Shown: piece after piece, positions 17,401-24,518 of the stretch
Numbering within the stretch: the stretch's first letter is position 1
How the letters are laid out: every line of letters begins with the position of its first letter
NCBI GenBank assembly: GCA_964202165.1
Contig: CAXNHA010000003.1
Coordinates: forward strand, 1 to 33,723
DNA from: Candidatus Marinamargulisbacteria bacterium
GTDB taxonomy: Bacteria; Margulisbacteria; Marinamargulisbacteria; SXXA01; JAHFDB01
Direction of reading: 5' to 3'
Length of the DNA stretch: 33,723 bases
Translations under genes and position numbers: made by a program
The notes under the pieces: generated by a model
What the model saw: only the letters and a program-made list of their open reading frames with translations
Told to the model about the DNA's origin: nothing
The model's database searches: none

Positions 17401-19915
17401 TTCCACCGAAATCATGCGGTTGACAGGCACAGGCATTGGACTTGGCACCTCCTCTCCAGAAGCCATGCTCCACGTACGAGGATCGTCATCTGTGCCTATT
17501 TTTGCGATAGACAAGGCAAACAACACCCCTATCCTCACTGTGGATGCATCTGGACAAATAGGTATCCAAAATAAAACGCCTCATGCCTCATTGGATGTGA
17601 GTGGCAATCTCGGTATTAGCCGCTTGGTAAATGCTGTCGATACAGGCACCTCGCTCACTGGAAAAACCATGACCCTTAAGAATATAAAACAAACTCGTAA
17701 CAACAACGCCATTTATTCAAGACTCACCTATGACGGGACTCAACTCGCTCAATTGGTTGGCAACAACATTGAGGTAAGGCTGGGAGAAGACCGATCAAAA
17801 AATGTTGTGGGGCTGCAAATCACCATCAACGCAAAACCTGCTAATACTCACAAAGTGAGGGGCATCCATGTTGCCATTTCTCCTAGCTACAATATACACA
17901 ATTACGCAGCAACAGGGGTGGATGGCAAGGTGAGTGCAGCCTTGTTTTTGGGAGGTGCAGTTAAGATTGGGCGTAGTACCCGCATTCCTCCAAGCCTACT
18001 CGAGGTATCCACCATACTGGATGCCGCCAACCTCAATTACAATATCGCTTACTTTGAAAGCCAACTCGGTACCAATCCTGTGAATAGATGGCGGATACGT
18101 TATATCCCAACCCAATCTATCACGACCAGCCTAAACCCTTTGAGTCTATACCGTTCCTCTGCAGGCAAACAAACTCAGGCCACGTCGTTTTCTTCATATG
18201 TTACTCCTGCTCAGTCATTGACAATTGACACCCATATCGGACAGCTTTCTACCATCTACCGTCCAGATCGCGACGACGACCTTAGGGCTACGGGATCTGT
18301 GTTTATAGCAACCAGTCCAGAAAAAGATTGGGAGACAGGCACACCCATCAACAGGGTAGGATTTGGATTTGATAAACCTGAGGATATGACATATCTCGAT
18401 ACAACCCTGGTGGTAGCTGGCAATGTCAAGATAGGGGCGACCTCCAATGCCACTTTTCTCGCTTCCTCTGGATACGGATCCCGGCTGTATTTTTCAGGAG
18501 CACCTCCAGTGGCTTACAATACCGATGGTGAGAATGGAGACAAACTCTGGATGGCACGCTACAACGTATCAGATGCTGTCTCAGAGTTGAGAATAGGGCT
18601 CAGCGATAGCAATATGCAAGATAACCCTGGTGCCTATTTTTCTGTTTATTCCGTTACACCAAATTATCTACCCCTTGTATCTATCGTCCCTGCTATTAAA
18701 ATTGGGGTCTCTGGCTATCACACCAGTACACTTGTAGATGCCCTCCTGCTCAATCCTTTGGCAACAGCACCGTATCTTCCCCGTGGGGTCATGGGTATTA
18801 ACGTCGCAAATCCTATGGCCCCCCTCCATGTCAGTGGATCCGTGAGGGTGGATACACATAAAACTGGTCTGACTGTTGCGACTCATAATACCGCCATCGC
18901 CATCATTGGCCCTTCTGTTGAAGATAGCAACTATGTGACTTTTTTGTATAAGCCAAGCGCCTCTACCGCGCTGACTGCCGCACAAGGTATAGCGGGTGAG
19001 ATCCAGTATTTTACCCCTGTGCGAGGCATCAGCACAATCAATATTAATGGCACCTCTTATACCCCCACACGTTCCAATCTTGTATTTGCCTTTTCTACAA
19101 CAATTAATGTCGTGGCGGCAGGCGGTGGCGTAAATCGTATTGTCGCCATTGTAGGCCCTTATTCAATAACGGCACGTATTTGCACATGGAATGGGACAAC
19201 CCTTTCCAAAGGAAAGATCGTCAACGCTCCTATAGGGGGTGCTGTTCTCACCACGTTTAATTTTAACGGCACCGTTCAACGGGTAACAGTCAATGCGATC
19301 TCTTCTGGACTTCCGGGAGTTAGGTATCTCTCCAGTGCCGGAGACTATGCCGAACACCTCCAAAAATTAGATCCGGACGAATCCATTGGGGCAGGTGATG
19401 TGGTGGGTGTATGCAATGGAAAAATTACAAAAAACACCCGACAAGCTCAACAAATCATGGTCATCAGTACCTCCCCCATTGTACAAGGAAACTGGAAAGA
19501 CAAAGATAAGACACGCTTGCCGGTAGCATTTTTGGGTCAAGTCCCTGTACGGGTACGAGGCCCTGTACGATCAGGGGATATCCTCATCGCATCTGAGGAT
19601 ATGGACGGCACGGCTATAGCTGTACCGATACACGAGATCACCTCTCATCAACTGACGCGCATTGTAGGGCGTGCTTGGGAAAGCACAGAAAACCGTACCA
19701 TTAGCCTCATCCATACCCTTGTGGGCATGCCTCTACAATCCCATGTTTTGGCAACAAAATGGGCACGGTTGCGTCAGATGATGGCCTCGCTAAAAGAAGA
19801 CTCTACCTGGGTATCTGATTTGCAGACACAGTACACATCCATTCTTTCTGCCCAAAAAGAGATGCTCGATAGGCTCAAAAAGAAAGTCCAAGATGTCCAC
19901 ATTGATACCCCTTAA
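8447..19915 (+). CDS. Giant (3822 aa) secreted tail-fibre-like adhesin with GxVGIGTxxP repeats and C-terminal peptidase G2-like autocleaving chaperone
   Basis: Uninterrupted 11.4-kb ORF. Signal peptide, N-terminal NGYF...SVPYA motif, about 30 VGIG(T)xxP repeats, DYAE...GDVVGV...VIST.P...VAFLGQVPVRV.GPV..GD...IVGRA domain, terminal coiled coil. Confidence 0.85.
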   Translation: MNTTPTLYRLFCKKITLFLFGLGLVFFQATLAHGVTMNIQDTYYSKTQDKYLNGTYSGVVFKLKTATAILFETTIPQVTFTNGYFEISVSVNATLFNRTLPIEAVLTVQGESMSFPLLSVPYAIRSTVAELARSIPISAIKGSFATVNVKNGISVRNLQNKSVFIAKKNTSVGILNGAPAFSLDIRGTVNATNLLVNKGDIRTIFSWKADATNPNNIYFKGGFVGINTNNPFFGLHVDGTINASTYLINGQKLSNSLDWKRNPTITPNVYYQDLEAFVGIGTAVPKEKVDVVGGLKLSIPKGIANTVGTIQWTGSVFKGYLLLPDNAIPTWRVFPGINGSGNTNKVALWSGQDLFAFPNNLSYSSLLRMDPTANAIGIGGLGTSKLDIFGTQLGRNLLSVIGSQAEPSLVVLPEGNIGIGVQTPAYKLQIAGVLDAQDFTVNGEILRLTYSVNDIWTRRPSSRSIYYLLNNIGIGRPDPKNLLEIAQPTGVPTQNPAITFTNTSTLVSYTLGVDTHSKNTFRIEKGIALGQSKPLFVAQEGRFGVGTDPPKANLHVSGNEGIVFSGTFLPLGTTSNYLPVSGPGTRLLWYPPRSALRIGTVSTANWNFNNQGLYTVGMGLNPLVEGNLSVAMGGAQNQVTGVYASSVGGFNNQAQGDFSLALGRNTQALHHGTWVWADNQNSPIGSVGENQVILRASGGVAIGTSNIQQTGLTLSRSAPTGSILSLVGNETVSFQVSSNGLIRIGSSPISSPSTGPPTKLSVLGDTGLGTLASYGMLGIQPASTFDTVMMIIGNQGVATPAMMVTKELGVYIGTTPSFRFVDLEHPDLQTNGFIRVASGSVLADSYTFPDGQQLSGDPPNYVWQYRNTTPNIYFVSGNVGIGTTTPRHLLHLSNMGSLAFEPPGLSPLITINLDDQDLYTFGISRTIPDRLIIQPSTMNAVNSPFSVWGNRVGIGTVFPKVALHVSGDVFVASRIRVGTPANASSLSVSGSIASNKFFIKGSVIAPGGTPWSSFISPSRLYYDTVLDPAKNLYSFVGIGTQIPRSALHVAGTLRLLGDTENLPFLRISKELYGNTVSQNEVALKDTSGSIYSSLYVTGNRLFLKGSIVWSISDVFSKGAGQYGNIALWVPLADQTTSYTLGDSALIWDSRQGSNPGKLLFEGDILSDITKTTPSSFLITNTTRIGNPTLLNVIDVQSSIDHNGALSNSKSHSGKRVMLTYDKDTEGGQSEGVSITLRQPPNASFTAGAQAIGLSVDSSGVAVQSFGDKGLNTAAVFLGKVGINTMTPSADLDVRGSILAKFFTISRQLTMSTLNVTNSLSIMSQNRVGIGTTTPKTDLEIVNSMQTNSLIASGIHTESLTVAPAFFSVNNFRVGIGTTTPVAQLHISRSFLDILPTEFSFQNLGVSINIATALQNCFGLDIAIRSASPAGLFPLPNNYLGSFDGTSKEAKGIAISLKNIIADQPFREITGLSITLPKQSTQNAAIFRGGFVGIGVSDPQTELDVAGTVSVDYFKNKLSSTLSSGAFDFLEVRSSTQNLRVTGPVVMENATVKDLIQQQLSVKKILYFKDKSLSINSALLSGRGNIVSTLSAQSMQVSTDIAVRGPAQLLSLSSGKDAFAPIGVAIIGKTQVASVSVSEALFANTVSINALFVMNKDRKLGIGTTAPRYGIDIQIPPSLTPIIGTPILFEANNNESWNAIRISQSQGNAVGLLAVSDTDSGFTSGSGVVAIKTGNSSSALSFLSDPDSGPPAEHMRITSSGNVGIDTSSPQSKLDINGDTIVRESGSVSNPVSVKTVSSPAGLSLLSSLILPTDSSVTGYGASEQSIELRPTTPDVAATGILSLFVREKDNSLYFQTLSSSGHSVSENLSIPITSSAWGLATYSTKNRLASAKSLQWVPSTTSPNILKVNSLVSLMGGPGTASGKNNAVSSALYMTINDRTKPSTARFTGTTIVLGNSQAGPLPYVGTNQTAVGIGVDMDRLKEAGTTSQGLSTLSKKIAAVFLSGSQTSGNVGIATSPNSTSVMDPMAALHVRSDSPTQSLFLLQAQDTTGKKDPLLIVLPTGNVGIGTATPGSKLSILSADTTQSSLAFLVLNNQEKPLFALTNEGQLGIGRLKPAAGLQLTGTLRSTTFHSHTLSLPSLRLGDYFSVDASGIGMGIYPPKADWHIIRSFVRPSKAVFLEKIALAIPANTGINANIAGLQYATKSKLANTFGSLQNTPIDNRGMGISLEKMELAPNGILTGLYVTVSANNSQNENPRWTAAYLGGGKVGIGTSTPEMTLDINGDLRARSIYADNSLFNVPTAKLISMAVRKNAPFLGDAYVSGNVLTVSKILSIENTTSLTLLFSDPTHKILESNQLLRAIDATVPALSVGVVGRPQDQFPPDTSRRLYTKGDVKITNGKFDAGLALSRLNLLNSINAPLYLQASNIVVDRSLRGDIVMLTPFEMNAVDPLFGAVYTSTAIETPDEWMYKSSATEIKDKDGKIINPGINISKTIKVPTSNEGALPFFSPEYANNIHPITGLSWLASTSSRTASILSIKSDENATDHVAGLDLIDFIGLQRVNTHVAHTLHMGFNNRIAKTNSTFKGLSILLQSNSNVPLSNSDTAIGLTVDMSKLPNRGSTQLPIEEDKPLNGQRYAAFFLSGKDVPGNVMIGPARKNPSANLHVVAGSTAPALWIDSLTTPHILSVTATGSVGIGTTANSTLTLEGPLRIATDTSLLFVATTNQRVGIGTPTPDSTLTLVNNTSTLLSLSAQAMPARFVVDAAGSMGIGVSAPLARAHLSAPPSSLQSNLTATVRYNNVDSTPISKLGFTQQNGYLVDQQGNQQVITRNNGQGNLEQLYIGIVKVNDTYYYYGSKYAVNTSTPEEESVPLNVPLLLAIGTKNSTIEVPFRISASGNIGITTPVARSTSYAPPSLGYSLSVSKNVLSGSSSSLKSIRALNTYQGFVAAQNQDFLWTGLNTTKPTILFGKTSADPSSFAIVQGKNSTEIMRLTGTGIGLGTSSPEAMLHVRGSSSVPIFAIDKANNTPILTVDASGQIGIQNKTPHASLDVSGNLGISRLVNAVDTGTSLTGKTMTLKNIKQTRNNNAIYSRLTYDGTQLAQLVGNNIEVRLGEDRSKNVVGLQITINAKPANTHKVRGIHVAISPSYNIHNYAATGVDGKVSAALFLGGAVKIGRSTRIPPSLLEVSTILDAANLNYNIAYFESQLGTNPVNRWRIRYIPTQSITTSLNPLSLYRSSAGKQTQATSFSSYVTPAQSLTIDTHIGQLSTIYRPDRDDDLRATGSVFIATSPEKDWETGTPINRVGFGFDKPEDMTYLDTTLVVAGNVKIGATSNATFLASSGYGSRLYFSGAPPVAYNTDGENGDKLWMARYNVSDAVSELRIGLSDSNMQDNPGAYFSVYSVTPNYLPLVSIVPAIKIGVSGYHTSTLVDALLLNPLATAPYLPRGVMGINVANPMAPLHVSGSVRVDTHKTGLTVATHNTAIAIIGPSVEDSNYVTFLYKPSASTALTAAQGIAGEIQYFTPVRGISTININGTSYTPTRSNLVFAFSTTINVVAAGGGVNRIVAIVGPYSITARICTWNGTTLSKGKIVNAPIGGAVLTTFNFNGTVQRVTVNAISSGLPGVRYLSSAGDYAEHLQKLDPDESIGAGDVVGVCNGKITKNTRQAQQIMVISTSPIVQGNWKDKDKTRLPVAFLGQVPVRVRGPVRSGDILIASEDMDGTAIAVPIHEITSHQLTRIVGRAWESTENRTISLIHTLVGMPLQSHVLATKWARLRQMMASLKEDSTWVSDLQTQYTSILSAQKEMLDRLKKKVQDVHIDTP
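12423..12585 (+). repeat. Exact 25-bp direct repeat within the fibre gene
   Basis: GAGTCGGCATTGGCACCACAACGCC at 12423-12447 and 12561-12585, offset by 138 bp (46 codons). Both copies lie in RVGIGTTTP. Confidence 0.9.
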
Positions 19916-20471
19916 GACAATAGGTATATTGATAGGGTTACTGCTCATCGGGGTTGTGTCTTTTTTTGTTCGCAACCCTCATGGATTTTCAGCTTCGGCC
20001 ACATCCTCTCAGAGGCCCCCATCTTCACAAGAGTTTTCGTCCAAAAAAACAAGCACTTCTCCAAAAGTCTGGGTACATCTTGCAGGGTGGATTCAGCATC
20101 CAGGCATCTATGCGGTGACGCCAAACCAACGTATTGTCGATGTCTTGTCTGTCGCAGGCGGTGTCCGAGAAGGGGCAAACTTAGACGCCCTCAACTTGGT
20201 AGCACGTGTCAAAGATGGTCAACGCATTCTGGTCAAACCCATACCCTCTCTGGCAAACAAGTCCTCCCTCTCACCATCTCTTATCTGCGTCAATCTCAAT
20301 ACTGCTTCAGAAGAAACCATCGCACAAGTGCCTGGTATGGGCAAAAAAATGGCCACACATATCCTGGCTTATCGCAATAAAAATGGGCGTATCAGTGCTG
20401 AAGATTTTTTAAAAATAAAAGGACTTGGTGGTAAAAAAGGCAAAAAAATCTTAGAGACCGTTTGTTTTTAA
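19893..20471 (+). CDS. comEA: ComEA family DNA-binding/uptake protein (TM + SLBB + HhH)
   Basis: N-terminal TM helix, VHLAGWIQHPGIY...LNLVARVKDGQRI (SLBB), VNLNTAS...VPGMGKKMA..I..YR..NG (HhH). Confidence 0.88.
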   Translation: MSTLIPLKTIGILIGLLLIGVVSFFVRNPHGFSASATSSQRPPSSQEFSSKKTSTSPKVWVHLAGWIQHPGIYAVTPNQRIVDVLSVAGGVREGANLDALNLVARVKDGQRILVKPIPSLANKSSLSPSLICVNLNTASEETIAQVPGMGKKMATHILAYRNKNGRISAEDFLKIKGLGGKKGKKILETVCF

Positions 20472-20518
20472 ATGGATTAAAATTGTCTAATCAGGCGTTT
20501 CCCGTTACTCTTGAGAGG

Positions 20519-21784
20519 ATGCCTCAACTCCTGATATTTGAAGATACTGGTTATCAGAATTTGTTGCCACTCACAGCCACACGCCCAAGTTTTCTGTTGC
20601 GTATGGGGTTTGGCACAGTGGCTAGTCGCATCCAATCGTTATTTGCAGAACCCCCATCTTACTTTTATTGTCGCACTAACTTGCACCATGTTGTGCAAGC
20701 TTCTTTTCCAGATAGCACCCTCAACCATGTTCCAAAAGGAGGAGCCGTATTGTTGCTCAATGGTCGTGTATGGCCAGACAAGGATCTTGTTCATCGGTTG
20801 ATGTTATTGGATACAACCAAGCCATCGTTGTTGGTATCCGATGGACAGGTTGTAGCCTTGTTGTTGCAAGATGCTGATCTACTGGATCGAGCAGAGCAGT
20901 TTTTAAACCGAATGGCAAGCGCTACAGAATGGATACAAGCTTTTCGGCATATGTCTATTGTGCAAGAAGTAGAGAATGTGCACTGGATCAACCATCTTTG
21001 GGATGTGATTGCCCTCAACCCTATGGCCCTTGCAACCTCTTTTGACAGTTGGCAAGACAAAGGTCTTATCAAAGGCAAGCTAGGATCTAGCGTCTCTATC
21101 ACCCAAGAGAGTCAGGTCTATGTGGGCCAGCAATCTGTGATCGAAGATTTTGTCTATATAGATAGCCAATCGGGGCCTGTTTGTATCGGGGATCATGTCT
21201 ATATACAATCTCATACGAGATTGCAGGGCCCTCTCTATATTGGCGATCATACCCACGTTCTTGGAGGAAAACTATCTCGCAGCTCAATAGGCCCGTGGTG
21301 TAAAGTGGCAGGAGAAATTACCGATACTATTTTTGCAGGTTATGCCAACAAAGCCCACGAGGGATTTATAGGTCATTCTTATATGGGAGAGTGGGTCAAT
21401 CTAGGCGCCTCTACCACGGTCTCCAATTTAAAAAACACCTATGGGGATATATCAATTTTGACACCAGAGATGCAAGGCTCTACTGGTCAAATGTTCCTCG
21501 GCGCTATCTTGGGAGATCATGTCAAAACAGGCATCGGCACACGCCTCAACACAGGCACAGTTGTGGGTACAGGCGCCTCTATCTGGGGATCGTCGGTTCA
21601 TCCAAAATGGATCCCTTATTTTGCCTTTGGCCAAGGGCCTGACTATGACCGATACAACCTCCAAAAATTCTTAGATGTTTGTGACAAGGTGTTGGCCAGA
21701 AGAAACCAGGTTTTGAGTACGCAAGATCATCATATTTTACAGTCGTTATGGGCAGATTCTCTGGACAAAAATCCCATATGCTAA
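20519..21784 (+). CDS. GlmU-related sugar nucleotidyltransferase/acetyltransferase (Bacteroidota-type alternative GlmU family)
   Basis: NLLPLTATRP..LRMG, hexapeptide repeats, NKAHEGFIGHSYMGEWVNLGA.T..SNLKN.Y, GDHVKTGI. Start set at ATG 20519 (track: 20462). Confidence 0.8.
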   Translation: MPQLLIFEDTGYQNLLPLTATRPSFLLRMGFGTVASRIQSLFAEPPSYFYCRTNLHHVVQASFPDSTLNHVPKGGAVLLLNGRVWPDKDLVHRLMLLDTTKPSLLVSDGQVVALLLQDADLLDRAEQFLNRMASATEWIQAFRHMSIVQEVENVHWINHLWDVIALNPMALATSFDSWQDKGLIKGKLGSSVSITQESQVYVGQQSVIEDFVYIDSQSGPVCIGDHVYIQSHTRLQGPLYIGDHTHVLGGKLSRSSIGPWCKVAGEITDTIFAGYANKAHEGFIGHSYMGEWVNLGASTTVSNLKNTYGDISILTPEMQGSTGQMFLGAILGDHVKTGIGTRLNTGTVVGTGASIWGSSVHPKWIPYFAFGQGPDYDRYNLQKFLDVCDKVLARRNQVLSTQDHHILQSLWADSLDKNPIC

Positions 21785-23247
21785 CCTTCAAAAACCTTGA
21801 CCAAACAGCCTCCTATGCTTTGTTACAAGAATGGGCTAGCCATCCGCCCTCTAGCCACACCCTATCTGCCCATCAAGTTCATCAATTTATGAGCACCTCT
21901 TCTTTGGTGAACTACCATTATGCAGGTGCTTTGGTAAACGCAGACATTGTTTCCCTTCTCCAAATAGTGGCCAAGGAGCAAGAGGTTGTCGACAAATACA
22001 AGGCCCTATTAGCAGGAGCTCCTCTCAATACGAGTGAAAACCGTCCTGTGTTGCACCATCAGCTTCGAAGCACGTCCGAGTCTATGTACTCGGCAGAGTG
22101 TACTCGACTTTTTTCGTTTGCCCATACAATTCGGTCGTCTCAAAAATTTACCGATGTGGTCCAAGTTGGGATAGGAGGATCTGATTTGGGGCCTCGGCTA
22201 CTCGTCCACACCTTATCAGGATTGGACGTCCCCTATCTCAAACCCCATTTTCTCACAAGCGTCGATCCGGACGAGCTTAATAGACTCCTTCCCACACTCC
22301 CTCCCGATACAACATTGTGGATTGTGGCATCAAAAAGCGGCTCTACCCTAGAAACCCAAAGCAATCTGTCATGTATCCAACCGCCGCCTCATCAAACCAT
22401 TGTGTTAACCACACCCAACAGTCCATTGGACAGGCCCCAAGATTTTCTTGATATTTTTTATATAGATCATTCTATTGGGGGGCGTTTTTCTTCTACCAGT
22501 ATCATGGGTATGACGATTGTGACTCTTTGTTTTGGTCAAGAGGTTGTAGAGGATATTTTGAGCGGGGCTAGGCAAATGGATGAAGACGCGTTGTGTCCTG
22601 ATAGCACCAAAAACCCAAGTTTAATGGCTGCGTTGATAGGTGTCTGGATTCGTAGCTTTCTGTCCATGCCTGCCTTGGGCATTATTCCCTACAGCACTGC
22701 ATTGGCACCTTTGCCTGCCTTTATCCGGCAATTGGATTGTGAAAGCAATGGCAAACAGGTCAATCGAGACGGAGATCCCATTGGGTATCCAACCAGCCCT
22801 GTTATTTTTGGAGAATGTGGCACCAACTGTCAACATTCTTTTTTTCAGAAAATTCACCAAGGTACCGACCCCATTCCTATTGAATTTATAGGATTTCGTC
22901 ATGCTCAAACCCACAAAAATCCTCACCAACACATGATTTTAAACGCCAATTTGATATCTCAGATGACCGCTTTGGCTCTTGGACAAGACCATGACAATCC
23001 CAATCAGCGCTTTGTTGGGAGTCGTCCCTATTCTCTCTTGCTTGCAAACCGTATGGATGCAAAAACATTGGGGGCATTGATTTCGTTTTATGAAAACAAG
23101 ATCATGTTTCAAGGATTTTTATGGAACCTCAATTCATTTGACCAAGAGGGTGTGCAATTGGGTAAACGCATTACCCAAGACTTGCTCCAACACAAATCTA
23201 CCTACAACAGTTCTTTGCTTCAAACCTGGCAGGATTTATTGAGGTAA
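21778..23247 (+). CDS. pgi: Glucose-6-phosphate isomerase
   Basis: GIGGSDLGP, SKSGST.ET, GGRFS, ESNGK, QHSFFQ, NSFDQEGVQLGK. Start set at ATG 21778 (track: 21748). Confidence 0.95.
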   Translation: MLTFKNLDQTASYALLQEWASHPPSSHTLSAHQVHQFMSTSSLVNYHYAGALVNADIVSLLQIVAKEQEVVDKYKALLAGAPLNTSENRPVLHHQLRSTSESMYSAECTRLFSFAHTIRSSQKFTDVVQVGIGGSDLGPRLLVHTLSGLDVPYLKPHFLTSVDPDELNRLLPTLPPDTTLWIVASKSGSTLETQSNLSCIQPPPHQTIVLTTPNSPLDRPQDFLDIFYIDHSIGGRFSSTSIMGMTIVTLCFGQEVVEDILSGARQMDEDALCPDSTKNPSLMAALIGVWIRSFLSMPALGIIPYSTALAPLPAFIRQLDCESNGKQVNRDGDPIGYPTSPVIFGECGTNCQHSFFQKIHQGTDPIPIEFIGFRHAQTHKNPHQHMILNANLISQMTALALGQDHDNPNQRFVGSRPYSLLLANRMDAKTLGALISFYENKIMFQGFLWNLNSFDQEGVQLGKRITQDLLQHKSTYNSSLLQTWQDLLR

Positions 23248-23259
23248 TCTCGTATCACA

Positions 23260-24048
23260 ATGTCAGACATCCAGGTCATGGGAATTGTGAATATCACACC
23301 CGATTCTTTTTCGGATGGGGGGCAGTTTTTGGATGTGGATAAGGCCTTGAGGCATAGTGAATCCCTGATACAGGCAGGTGCTACTATCCTTGATATCGGT
23401 GCACAATCCACAAGGCCAGGATCTACATGGATCTCTCCCAACGAAGAAATCGAGAGGCTTAGCCCTATTTTAGAGCGATACCGCAGCTATTTTTCTATCC
23501 CATTGTCATTGGATACGGTGAATGCAAGCACGGCTTTGTTTGGCATCCAACACGGTGTCACGATGATAAACGATATATCTGCAGGTACGCACGACCCTCA
23601 GATGATGTCAGTAGCTGCTCAGCATCAGATCCCCATGATCTTGATGCACATGCAAGGCATTCCCAAGACCATGCAAGACAACCCTACTTATCAAGATGTG
23701 GTACACGAGGTCTACACCTTCTTAGAAAACCAAGTGCAAAAAGCCAAAAAAATGGGCGTCCCATCGGTTGTGGTAGATCCTGGGATTGGGTTTGGCAAGA
23801 CCGCAGCTCATACCATCACCCTCCTCAATCAACTCCATGTATTCACACCTCTTGCCCCTGTTTTGGTGGGGCCATCTCGCAAGTCTTTTCTTGCCACACT
23901 CACGGGTCAATCAGATCCTTACCGTTTGGAAGGAACTATTGCCAGTTGTATCTGGTCGTTATACCAAGGAGCAACCTGGTTTCGGGTACATGATGTTGAG
24001 GCTGTGGCTCGTGCCTTACACGTAGCCTGTGCTTTGAGAAAGGGATGA
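23260..24048 (+). CDS. folP: Dihydropteroate synthase
   Basis: MGIVNITPDSFSDGG, STRPG, MHMQG, DPGIGFGK, SRKSF, RVHDV. Confidence 0.97.
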   Translation: MSDIQVMGIVNITPDSFSDGGQFLDVDKALRHSESLIQAGATILDIGAQSTRPGSTWISPNEEIERLSPILERYRSYFSIPLSLDTVNASTALFGIQHGVTMINDISAGTHDPQMMSVAAQHQIPMILMHMQGIPKTMQDNPTYQDVVHEVYTFLENQVQKAKKMGVPSVVVDPGIGFGKTAAHTITLLNQLHVFTPLAPVLVGPSRKSFLATLTGQSDPYRLEGTIASCIWSLYQGATWFRVHDVEAVARALHVACALRKG

Positions 24049-24518
24049 TGGATATGGGCGAAGAGGTGTACATAGGGGTGGGCTCTAATATGGGCGATCG
24101 CTGGCACCATATCCAAGAGGCTATTGCTTTGCTCCATCAAGAGCCCTGTTGTCAGATTTGTCAGGTATCCACACTCATAGAGACGACTCCTGTCTCATCC
24201 ATCACACAACCTCATTTTTTGAATGGGGCCATCCATCTTCATACCACCTTGTCCATGCTGGATTTTTGGATAGTGACGTGCACCATTGAAAAAAAAATGG
24301 GCAGGGAAACAAAAGGAGACGGAGGCCCAAGACCTATCGACTTGGATATTTTATTTTTTGGACAAGCCTGTACGCATCAACAACACCTCATTATTCCTCA
24401 CCCGCTCTTGCATACCCGCGCTTTTGTGCTAAAACCATTGCTTGAGTTATGTCCCCATTTTATCCATCCTATATTGAAAGAATCCATTGCTACCCTCTAC
24501 CACCGTCTTACTGACTAG
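24045..24518 (+). CDS. folK: 2-amino-4-hydroxy-6-hydroxymethyldihydropteridine pyrophosphokinase
   Basis: YIGVGSNMGDR, FLNGA, PRPIDLDIL, LIIPHP...RAFVL.PL. Adjacent to folP. Confidence 0.96.
   Translation: MMDMGEEVYIGVGSNMGDRWHHIQEAIALLHQEPCCQICQVSTLIETTPVSSITQPHFLNGAIHLHTTLSMLDFWIVTCTIEKKMGRETKGDGGPRPIDLDILFFGQACTHQQHLIIPHPLLHTRAFVLKPLLELCPHFIHPILKESIATLYHRLTD

Noticed and set aside
8447-19915. Prophage or diversity-generating retroelement explanation for the fibre
   Set aside because: No capsid, terminase, integrase or reverse transcriptase gene and no TR/VR pair seen in the window. The protein also has a Sec-type signal peptide.
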